A DNA stretch of 24,231 nucleotides from Meiothermus sp. (lineage in GTDB: Bacteria > Deinococcota > Deinococci > Deinococcales > Thermaceae), in contig JANRLD010000108.1 of NCBI GenBank assembly GCA_033762915.1, positions 1 to 24,231 on the forward strand. Direction: 5' to 3'. The stretch's first letter is position 1. The number at the start of each line of letters is the position of its first letter. Below the pieces are notes generated by a model. The model searched no databases. It worked only from the letters and a program-made list of their open reading frames with translations, and was not told the origin of the DNA. Below, piece after piece: positions 17,146-24,231 of this stretch. Made by a program: the position numbers and the translations under genes.

Positions 17146-18564
17146 ATGCGGATGCTGTTCAAGCAAATTTACGAGGAAGGGCTGGCTCAAGGGAGCTATT
17201 TCATCGGCTGCCAGGCCAACGGCACAGCCATAGTGGTAGACCCCCGCCGGGACATCCAGGTTTATCTGGACACCGCTCAGCAGCACGGCATGCGCATCGT
17301 CGCCATCACGGAGACCCACATCCACGCCGACTACCTCTCGGGTGCGCGCGAACTCGCCAGGGCCACTGATGCCAGGCTCTACTTATCGGACGAGGGCGAC
17401 TCGAGCTGGAAGTATGCCGGCCTCGAGGGTTTCGACCACCAGCTGCTTAAGGACAGCGACGCCATCCGGATAGGGAACCTGACCCTTACCGCCCTGCACA
17501 CCCCCGGCCACACCCCCGAGCACCTCAGCTTCCTGCTGACCGACGGGGCCGCCGCCGACCAGCCGGGCTTTCTGCTAACCGGCGACTTCGTGTTTGTGGG
17601 CGACATCGGGCGGCCGGATCTGCTCGAAGAGGCGGCCGGAATCGCAGGCACTGCCGAGCCCGGAGCCAGGCGAATGTTCCAGAGCCTCAAAGAGAAGTTC
17701 CTCACCCTGCCGGACTACGTACAGGTCTGGCCCGGCCACGGGGCAGGTTCGGCCTGCGGCAAAACGCTTGGTGCGGTGGCCTCCACAACTGTGGGCTACG
17801 AGCGGCGCTTTGCCTGGTGGGCCAAGTACCTCAGCGGCAACGACCAGGAGGGCTTCGTGCGCGAGCTGCTCTCCGGGCAGCCCGAGGCCCCCAGCTACTT
17901 TGCCCAGATGAAGCGGCTCAACCGCGACGGGATGCCGATTCTGGGCGGGCTTCCCCGGCCCGCCCGGCTCGACTTCACCCGGCTGGCCCAGCACCTCGAG
18001 CAGGGGGCCATTCTGGTCGATACCCGCGACAAACTGGCCTTTGCGGGCGGACACCTCGAGGGGGCTATCAACATCCCCGCCAGCAAGAACTTCTCCACCT
18101 GGGCCGGCTGGCTGCTCCCCTACGACCGCGACCTGATCCTGCTGGCCGACATCGGCCAGCTGCCCGGCCTGCTCGAGAAGCTGGTGCGGATCGGGCTGGA
18201 TCGGGTGGTGGGGTATGTGGAAGGTCTCGAGGGCTGCCCGAATGAACTCGAGCAGGTTCCCCAGGTCAGCGCCGCCGAGGCCCGGCAACTGCTCGAGCGC
18301 CAGCAGGCCCTGGTTCTGGACGTGCGGGCGGCGGACGAGTTCGGCAGCGGCCACATCCCCGGCGCGCAGAACCTTCACGCCGGGCGGGTCATGGGGCAAC
18401 TCGAGCGCATCCCCCGTGATCGGCCCGTGATCGTACAGTGCCAGGGCGGCGACCGCTCCTCCACCGCCATCAGCGCCCTGATGGCTGCCGGCTTTCACAA
18501 CCTTTCAAACCTTACCGGGGGCATTCGGGCCTGGGAGCAGGCCGGTTATCCGGTTGAGCGATGA
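17146..18564 (+). CDS. cstB: Persulfide dioxygenase-rhodanese fusion (CstB-like)
   Basis: MBL fold (ETHIHADY, HTPGHT, GDFVFVGDIGRPD, PGHGAGSACGK), then a rhodanese-homology domain lacking the active-site Cys, then an active rhodanese (CQGGDRS). Start may be 17146 or 17152. Confidence 0.8.
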   Translation: MRMLFKQIYEEGLAQGSYFIGCQANGTAIVVDPRRDIQVYLDTAQQHGMRIVAITETHIHADYLSGARELARATDARLYLSDEGDSSWKYAGLEGFDHQLLKDSDAIRIGNLTLTALHTPGHTPEHLSFLLTDGAAADQPGFLLTGDFVFVGDIGRPDLLEEAAGIAGTAEPGARRMFQSLKEKFLTLPDYVQVWPGHGAGSACGKTLGAVASTTVGYERRFAWWAKYLSGNDQEGFVRELLSGQPEAPSYFAQMKRLNRDGMPILGGLPRPARLDFTRLAQHLEQGAILVDTRDKLAFAGGHLEGAINIPASKNFSTWAGWLLPYDRDLILLADIGQLPGLLEKLVRIGLDRVVGYVEGLEGCPNELEQVPQVSAAEARQLLERQQALVLDVRAADEFGSGHIPGAQNLHAGRVMGQLERIPRDRPVIVQCQGGDRSSTAISALMAAGFHNLSNLTGGIRAWEQAGYPVER

Positions 18565-18896
18565 GGAAACTCATGACACAAACTTACCTAAACCTTAGCC
18601 CGCAGCAGGCCAACGTCGGATGGTTGCCCAACACCCTCCTGGTGGATGTGCGAGAGGACTACGAGTACGCCTCGGGGCACCTGCCCAAGGCAGTTAACCT
18701 CCCCCTGAGCCGATTCGCCGAAGAGGGGCGCAAGCTCCCCAAGGATCGCCCAATCTTGCTGGTCTGCGCCTCCGGCGGACGCTCTGCACAGGCTGCAGAG
18801 TACCTGCTGTCGCTGGGCTTCGACCCGGCCAGGGTGGGCAACCTCGAGGGCGGCACCTTCGGCTGGATGATGGCCGGCTTCGAGGTGGAAGCGTGA
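18561..18896 (+). CDS. Single-domain rhodanese 1
   Basis: VDVREDYEYASGHLP, CASGGRS, LEGG. Alternative start 18573. Confidence 0.88.
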   Translation: MRKLMTQTYLNLSPQQANVGWLPNTLLVDVREDYEYASGHLPKAVNLPLSRFAEEGRKLPKDRPILLVCASGGRSAQAAEYLLSLGFDPARVGNLEGGTFGWMMAGFEVEA

Positions 18897-19234
18897 TCGG
18901 CTGGCTGCGCCGGCTGCTGGGCGGCGGGGCAGGGGTGAGCCGCCTGAGTCCGCTCGAGGCCCAAAACAAGGCCAAGGAAGGGGCCATCATCCTGGACGTG
19001 CGTACCCTCGCCGAGCGCAAGGAAGTCAAAATCGCAGGTTCGCAAAGCATCCCCCTCGACCAGCTGCCCCAACAGTGGGAGAAGCTACCCAAAGGCCGTG
19101 AGATCATCTGCCAGTGCCGCAGCGGCGGGCGCAGCGCCCAGGCCGCCCAGTTTTTGTCAGATAAGGGTTTCAAGGTTTACAACCTCGCAGGGGGTCTGAA
19201 CGCCTGGCAGCAGGCCGGTCTGCCCACCAAGTAA
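18893..19234 (+). CDS. Single-domain rhodanese 2
   Basis: LDVR, CQCRSGGRS, NLAGGLNAW; GTGA overlap. Confidence 0.88.
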   Translation: MIGWLRRLLGGGAGVSRLSPLEAQNKAKEGAIILDVRTLAERKEVKIAGSQSIPLDQLPQQWEKLPKGREIICQCRSGGRSAQAAQFLSDKGFKVYNLAGGLNAWQQAGLPTK

Positions 19235-19236
19235 CC

Positions 19237-19542
19237 ATGTACGCCGACCTCTTTCCCAACGAACTCGGCGCTTGGCAAAGGCGCGGTGCGACCGTGCTGG
19301 ACGTGCGCGAACCCCACGAGTTTGCTGCCGGACACATCCCGGGATCGATTAATCTGCCGCTGGGCCGGTTAAATGAGCAGGCGGAGCAGGTCCCCGAGCC
19401 TGTGGTGCTGGTCTGCGCCTCGGGTGGACGCTCGAGCACCGCCGCCGAACTCTTGAGCCTGGTCGGCAAGACCGAGGTCGGCCACCTGATGGGCGGTCTG
19501 GCGGCCTATGTGCGGCAGGGCTACACGCTGGAGCGAGAGTGA
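19237..19542 (+). CDS. Single-domain rhodanese 3
   Basis: LDVREPHEFAAGHIPG, CASGGRS, LMGG. Confidence 0.88.
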   Translation: MYADLFPNELGAWQRRGATVLDVREPHEFAAGHIPGSINLPLGRLNEQAEQVPEPVVLVCASGGRSSTAAELLSLVGKTEVGHLMGGLAAYVRQGYTLERE

Positions 19543-20300
19543 TGCTGGCCTGGGTGGGGGCGGTCGTGATCGGACTCTCGCTGGGGCTACTGGGATCGGG
19601 CGGGTCGATTCTGACGGTGCCGGTTCTGGTCTACCTGGTCGGCGAGCCCGTCAAGCTGGCTATCGCCGAGTCGCTGGCCATCGTGGGGCTGATCGCCCTA
19701 TTTGGGGCCATTCCCTACGCCCTCAAAGGCCAGATTGACTGGCCCAAAGTGCTGGTGTTCGGGATTCCCGGCATGGCGGGGACGGCCCTGGGGGCTTGGG
19801 TTTCCAAGTGGATGCCGGCGGCCTGGCAGCTTGGACTGTTCGCCATGGTGCTGCTGCTGGCAGCCTACATGATGTTTACCGCTCGGCCCCTCGAGGCCGC
19901 CCGCCCCCGCTCGCACCTCAGGATCGCGCTTGACGGATTGGCGGTGGGGCTCCTGACGGGCCTAGTGGGGGTGGGCGGGGGGTTCTTGATCATCCCGGCG
20001 CTGGTCCTTCTGGGCGGCCTTCCGATGCTCCTGGCCATCGGGACCAGCCTGCTGATCATCGCCCTCAAGTCGGCCAGCGGTTTTTTCCAGTATCTGCAGC
20101 TGCTCCCCCAGTGGGGCTACACAGTGAACTGGGAACTGCTGCTGGTGTTCGCGGGGCTGGGCCTCGTGGGTAGCCTTCTGGGCGGGCGCATCGCCTCGGC
20201 GGTCCCTCAAGGGATGCTGCGGCGCGCCTTTGCGGGCTTTCTTGTGTTGATGGGGGTGTTCATCCTGAGCCAGAACATCCCCAAACTGCTACAGGGCTAA
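19539..20300 (+). CDS. tauE: TauE/SafE family sulfite/sulfur-compound exporter
   Basis: GLLGSGGSILTVP and GLVGVGGGFLIIP repeats, AIGTSL, multi-TM; GTGA overlap. Confidence 0.88.
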   Translation: MMLAWVGAVVIGLSLGLLGSGGSILTVPVLVYLVGEPVKLAIAESLAIVGLIALFGAIPYALKGQIDWPKVLVFGIPGMAGTALGAWVSKWMPAAWQLGLFAMVLLLAAYMMFTARPLEAARPRSHLRIALDGLAVGLLTGLVGVGGGFLIIPALVLLGGLPMLLAIGTSLLIIALKSASGFFQYLQLLPQWGYTVNWELLLVFAGLGLVGSLLGGRIASAVPQGMLRRAFAGFLVLMGVFILSQNIPKLLQG

Positions 20301-20367
20301 GGGCGCCCGTACACCTCAGGCCAATGTCTTCGAAGTTAAGCTGCGAGGTGCAGCCCCAAACGCCCGA

Positions 20368-20470
20368 AGGGAATTGTGCCAGAAACGTTACACTTGCCCA
20401 CTCTAAGTTGCGCCAGGGTAGAAGTACGGAATCGGCGGACACGGTAGAGATGTGCCTGGCACAATTCCCT
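20368..20470. repeat. 103-bp MITE-like unit with 15-bp perfect inverted ends, containing copy 2 of the 68-bp element (20402-20469)
   Basis: AGGGAATTGTGCCAG (20368-20382) / CTGGCACAATTCCCT (20456-20470); internal TCTAAGTTGCGCCAGGGTAG (20402-20421). Confidence 0.8.
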
Positions 20471-20999
20471 GCATGAGCTGGCAGGCAAAATTTCGCATCG
20501 CAACTATGGAGGCAATTAGTCTCGGGGACTGAACCTCGCGGAACTCATCGTCGGGGCCTCGAGCTTGCAGCAGCAACACTCGGCACCGATCCCGCCAAAT
20601 GGCACCTGGAGGGTCGCCGCCAGGGGCAACTCAAAATTGGTTTGCATAGCTCCCTATGCTGAATACGGGGCGACAAGCCATCGATCGTGCGGTTTAGATT
20701 TCCACCCGTTGGGACGGGGCCTCACCGGGCGGTTTGCGTTACTCAAGACCCCGCCGTGCGTGGGTCGCCCTCGGCTCTCCGAGAGCCTGGGTGGGCCAGC
20801 ACCGCGTGAGCACTCCTTCACCGCGCCTGCGACGGGGACAGGTCTTCGGTCACGCCGACTCCGCCGTGGCGAGGTGTGGGACCTGGTCCTGGGTCCTAAC
20901 GACCGGCAACCTGTGGTGGTTGGGCACATCGGGCCTCTCGGCTCGGGCTTACAGCGCCGGCCCGCCTCCGACAGCCTGGGGTTGCTATGATGGCCGGGG

Positions 21000-21473
21000 A
21001 TGCTCGAGGTATTTACCACGCCAAACGGCCGCGTCTCGGTGCCGGTGTTGGGACAGGGATGGGCGCTCGAGGAGCAGAGCAGCACTCTGGCAACCAGGGT
21101 CAGTGCCCGTCTTGTGGTGCCAGGGCAGTTCGCCCTCTTCGTCGCCGAGGACCACTACGCGGAGGTTCGGTGCGACGCCGAGGGCTGGGCTCGAGCACGG
21201 CTGGAGGAGTACTCAGGGAGGTACGAGGCGGTGACCTGCCGTTCCCTGGAGCCCGTCGAGGTCGGAGGCGTGCGCTGGCTCGAGGCCTCCCTCGAGATCA
21301 TCGTCCACTCCCGCCTCGCCCCCCTCAACAAACTCGAGCGTATCGCCGCCGTCGGTGGCCATCGCCTTACCCTGAGCACCGAGGCAAGCGCCAAGGATCT
21401 GCGAAAGTACTGGCTCGAGGCCCAGCGCTGGCTGGAAGAGACCAGGTTCGGCGCCGGCAGGAAGGAAAACTGA
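21000..21473 (+). CDS. Hypothetical protein (157 aa)
   Basis: Host-like codon usage; extended -10 TGcTATGAT (20983-20991) 8 nt before the ATG. Confidence 0.7.
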   Translation: MLEVFTTPNGRVSVPVLGQGWALEEQSSTLATRVSARLVVPGQFALFVAEDHYAEVRCDAEGWARARLEEYSGRYEAVTCRSLEPVEVGGVRWLEASLEIIVHSRLAPLNKLERIAAVGGHRLTLSTEASAKDLRKYWLEAQRWLEETRFGAGRKEN

Positions 21474-21543
21474 GCTGCGGGTGGGCGCTGGCCTGAGGGC
21501 GAACACAACCCCAAACCTTCAACGCCCGCGCCCCCAGAAGCCC

Positions 21544-21563
21544 TTTATAAGTCAGCTTATAAA
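21544..21563. promoter_or_regulatory. Palindromic candidate transcription-factor site upstream of the hydrogenase operon
   Basis: TTTATAAG-TCAG-CTTATAAA, perfect 8-4-8, in an AT-rich patch. Confidence 0.55.
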
Positions 21564-21598
21564 ATGAATCCAGAACTCGGATAACAATAATAAGACCC

Positions 21599-21628
21599 TT
21601 GTAATTATCGGCTGAATCCAAGTATCCT
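21599..21628 (+). promoter_or_regulatory. Candidate promoter of the cooC-hydrogenase operon
   Basis: TTGTAA-N18-TATCCT, same -10 and spacing as the sulfur operon promoter. Confidence 0.5.
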
Positions 21629-21708
21629 GTAGCAATTCAACAGCTACGGGGGGGGTCGCCCAGTTCAACACCTAATGGCCCCGCCTCTGGGAAGTACGGG
21701 GGTTTGGG

Positions 21709-22470
21709 ATGCAGCGAATCGCAATATCGGGCAAGGGCGGCAGCGGAAAAACCACCATCTCGGGGACGCTGGCGCGGCTTACGGGCCGCAGGCTGGGCCA
21801 CGTGTTGGCGGTGGACGGCGACCCCAACCCTAACCTTGGGCGGGCCATGGGGGTGCAGCACGACGGCGTGTGGCCCCTGCTGCCCACCAACCTGATGAAG
21901 GTGGAGGAGGTGGACGGCAAGCGCGTTTCCAAGCTGGCCTTGCCCGTACAACAGATCCTCACCGAGCACACCGTGGCCGGGCCGGACGGCGTTCAGCTCC
22001 TGGCGCTGGGCGAGGTGGACGAGCCGGGCAAGGGCTGCTTGTGCAGCCGGCACGGAATGGTCCGGGAAATCGTTGGGGCCGCCGTGGAGGAGTCCGACCA
22101 AGCGGTGATCCTGGACATGGAGGCCTCCCTCGAGCACATGCGCCGGGGCACCGTGCGGCACGTGGACAAGCTGCTGGTGGTCACCGAGCCGTACTACCGG
22201 GCGTTAGAGTCGGCGGGGCGATTGGTCAAGCTGGCTCGAGAGATGGGTATCAAGCAGATCTTCGGGGTCGCCAACAAGGTGCGCTCGCCCGCCGAGGAGG
22301 CGGTAGTGCTCAAATACTTCGAGACCCTCGAGGTTCCCGTAATCGCAGTGATCCCTTTCGACGACACGGTAACCGCTGCCGACCTCGAGGGCAAGGCCGT
22401 GCTGGACTATAACCCCCAGGCCCCCTCGATGCGGGCGGTCGCGGGGATGCTGGACAGGCTGATGGCCTAG
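21709..22470 (+). CDS. cooC: CooC/AcsF-like nickel-insertion ATPase (MinD/ParA-type P-loop)
   Basis: SGKGGSGKTT deviant Walker A, VDGDPNPNL, GCLC (CxC metal site), LDMEASLEH..RGT, ANKVR, IPFD. Confidence 0.8.
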   Translation: MQRIAISGKGGSGKTTISGTLARLTGRRLGHVLAVDGDPNPNLGRAMGVQHDGVWPLLPTNLMKVEEVDGKRVSKLALPVQQILTEHTVAGPDGVQLLALGEVDEPGKGCLCSRHGMVREIVGAAVEESDQAVILDMEASLEHMRRGTVRHVDKLLVVTEPYYRALESAGRLVKLAREMGIKQIFGVANKVRSPAEEAVVLKYFETLEVPVIAVIPFDDTVTAADLEGKAVLDYNPQAPSMRAVAGMLDRLMA

Positions 22471-22479
22471 GAGGGCGAG

Positions 22480-23682
22480 ATGGTCAAGGAACCTACCACC
22501 AACGGCCTGGATGGCGGCCTCACTCCGCTCTCAGGCGTCGCTGATGTGCTTACCGGATTGCCCAAGAAGTACAAGGAAGTCCACGCCTTCTGGATGGCGG
22601 GGATGAGCTGCGACGGCTGCACCATAGGGGTATCGGGGGCCACTAAGCCCTCGGTCGAGGACCTTCTGATCGGTCAGCTGCCGGGTCTGCCCAAGATAAT
22701 CCTGCACCACCCGGTCCTGGCCGTCGAGGCTGGTCACGACTTCATGGAGTGGTTCTACAAGGCGTGGCGGGGCGAACTCGACGCGCCTTACGTGATATTG
22801 CTCGAGGGCTCCGCTCCCGACGAAGTGCTCAACGCCGGCAGCGGCGGCTACTGGTCGGGGCTGGGGGCCGAGACCCCCGATGGCGATGTGTGGAAGGCCC
22901 AGCCGGTGCCTACCATGGAGTGGGTCAAGCGACTCGCCCCGGGCGCAGCGGCCTCCATCGCGGTGGGCACCTGCGCCACTTGGGGCGGGATTCCCGCCGC
23001 GGCCGGTAATCCCACAGGCTCGATGGGACTGATGGACTACCTTGGCAAGGACTACCGCAGCGTGCTGGGCCTGCCGGTCATCAACATCCCCGGCTGCTCC
23101 CCGCTGGGCGACAACATCACCGAGACCATCGCGACCGTGTTGATGTTCCTGCAAGGCATGGGGCCGCTGCCCGAGTTCGACGAGCTGGGACGGCCCGCCT
23201 GGCTGTTCCGCGAGACCGTCCACCGCGGGTGCACCCGAGCCGGCTATTACGAAGAGGGCACCTTTGCCAAGGAGTACGGAGACCGCGAGTGTCTGGTGGA
23301 GGTGGGCTGCTGGGGGCCGGTGGTGCAGTGCAACATCGTCTCGAGGGGGGCCATCAACAACTCCGGCGGCTGCATGAAGGCCGGTGGCATCTGTATCGGC
23401 TGCACCATGCCCGGCTTCCCCGATAAATTCGCGCCCTTCTATACCGAGCCGCCGGGGGCCAAGTTCTCCGGGACGATATCGCGCGGCACGGGCACCTTTG
23501 TCTCCACCCTGCGCCGCCTCTCGCAGCGGCAGGCCAACCTGACCGATCGCTGGAAGAAGACCGGCGTGCCCTCGGGCTGGGGCGAGGTCGCACCGCAGTC
23601 GCCGGTGGACAAGATTTACAGCTTTTTCTACGAAAAAGTTCAGTACTGGGGCTCGCAAAAGCCCGGCAGCCGCAAGGTCTAG
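22480..23682 (+). CDS. [NiFe]-hydrogenase small subunit (group 1h/1l-related, probably group 1l HylS)
   Basis: WMAGMSCDGC, LHHPVL, VGTCATWGGI, NIPGC, HRGCTR, ECL..VGCWGPVVQC, GGC..GGICIGCTMPGFPDKF; no twin-arginine leader; GGAGG RBS. Confidence 0.88.
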   Translation: MVKEPTTNGLDGGLTPLSGVADVLTGLPKKYKEVHAFWMAGMSCDGCTIGVSGATKPSVEDLLIGQLPGLPKIILHHPVLAVEAGHDFMEWFYKAWRGELDAPYVILLEGSAPDEVLNAGSGGYWSGLGAETPDGDVWKAQPVPTMEWVKRLAPGAAASIAVGTCATWGGIPAAAGNPTGSMGLMDYLGKDYRSVLGLPVINIPGCSPLGDNITETIATVLMFLQGMGPLPEFDELGRPAWLFRETVHRGCTRAGYYEEGTFAKEYGDRECLVEVGCWGPVVQCNIVSRGAINNSGGCMKAGGICIGCTMPGFPDKFAPFYTEPPGAKFSGTISRGTGTFVSTLRRLSQRQANLTDRWKKTGVPSGWGEVAPQSPVDKIYSFFYEKVQYWGSQKPGSRKV

Positions 23683-23782
23683 CGATGAAACAGCGGATAA
23701 GGCAACCACACCCCCGGCGTAGCTCCCTGTTGCCGCGGGTTTCGGCTATGCGCATCAACTCTGGACGTTTAGGAGGCCTTCG

Positions 23783-24046
23783 ATGATCTGGTTCGCGCTG
23801 GCGATGCTGATCGTGGCTGTGGTGGCGGCCCTGCTGATCTGGATTCTGACCGAGGCCACCGGGATAAAGACCGCTGCGGTTCGCGCCCTGAACGCGGCAG
23901 GCGCGGTGGAAGATCGCACCAGGGTTCTTTGGAAAATCCCCGAACTCAACCAGCTCCTGGACACCGGCTACGGCGTGGTGGCTTCGATCGCCGATAAGGC
24001 CCACCAGGCCGCCGACGCGGTAGACCCACCGGGGAGGAAGGCATGA
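23783..24046 (+). CDS. Small single-TM protein (HylTM-like 1)
   Basis: AGGAGG RBS; 87 aa with an N-terminal hydrophobic helix and an Ala-rich helical tail; follows the small subunit. Confidence 0.75.
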   Translation: MIWFALAMLIVAVVAALLIWILTEATGIKTAAVRALNAAGAVEDRTRVLWKIPELNQLLDTGYGVVASIADKAHQAADAVDPPGRKA

Positions 24047-24231
24047 TTACCTGGCTGATTCTCCTGGCGATAGGTCTTGTCGTGGTTGGGGTCGTGGCCT
24101 GGCTGCTCAACGCGATTCTCAAGGAAGCCCTGACCATCGAGAAGGGCGCGGGCGCGATTTGGGATGGTGGAAAGCGGATCGCCAACAACACCGTCCATGT
24201 GCCCGACCTGATCCGCACAAACCGCTTCGTG
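24043..24231 (+). CDS. Small single-TM protein (HylTM-like 2), truncated by window end
   Basis: Not in the ORF track. ATGA overlap, GGAGG RBS; MITWLILLAIGLVVVGVVAWLLNAILKEALTIEKGAGAIWDGGKRIANNTVHVPDLIRTNRFV is open to the end. Confidence 0.75.
   Translation, partial: MITWLILLAIGLVVVGVVAWLLNAILKEALTIEKGAGAIWDGGKRIANNTVHVPDLIRTNRFV

Noticed and set aside
20565..20990. ORFs between tauE and the hypothetical gene
   Set aside because: No RBS, Pro/Arg/Gly-rich composition, no motifs
21544..21563. Radiation/desiccation response motif (DdrO site)
   Set aside because: Does not fit the 17-bp RDRM pattern in arm sequence or spacing
23685..23786. 33-aa ORF bridging the small subunit stop and the first TM gene (ATGA overlap)
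   Set aside because: Rare codons (ATA, AGG, TTA), no TM segment, and the downstream gene has its own strong RBS; probably chance, although translation is not excluded
1..24231. tRNA, rRNA or CRISPR array
   Set aside because: None recognised on either strand by eye

Overview
GC-rich bacterial window, probably Deinococcota (Meiothermus-like). This is inferred from gene content, -10 boxes sitting directly before start codons, and very frequent CTCGAG. In order it holds: a complete 1212-bp IS701-like element beginning at base 1; two tandem LysN-like PLP aminotransferases; a Gfo/Idh/MocA oxidoreductase (- strand); an ABC-F ATPase; an LCP protein; a methionine gamma-lyase-like enzyme; a DUF1175 / alpha-2-macroglobulin (intact CSEQ thioester) / HExxH-protein locus; a persulfide-handling operon (CstB-like fusion, 3 rhodaneses, TauE) under a CsoR/CstR-type operator; a hypothetical gene; and the start of a [NiFe]-hydrogenase operon. 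That operon has a CooC-like ATPase, a Tat-less small subunit and small single-TM paralogues, a group 1l-like layout cut off by the window end. The most unexpected non-coding signal is a 68-bp element present twice, 16 kb apart and inverted, with 33 identical terminal bases around a fixed-length but diverged 35-nt core. All calls come from reading motifs by eye; no database searches were run.
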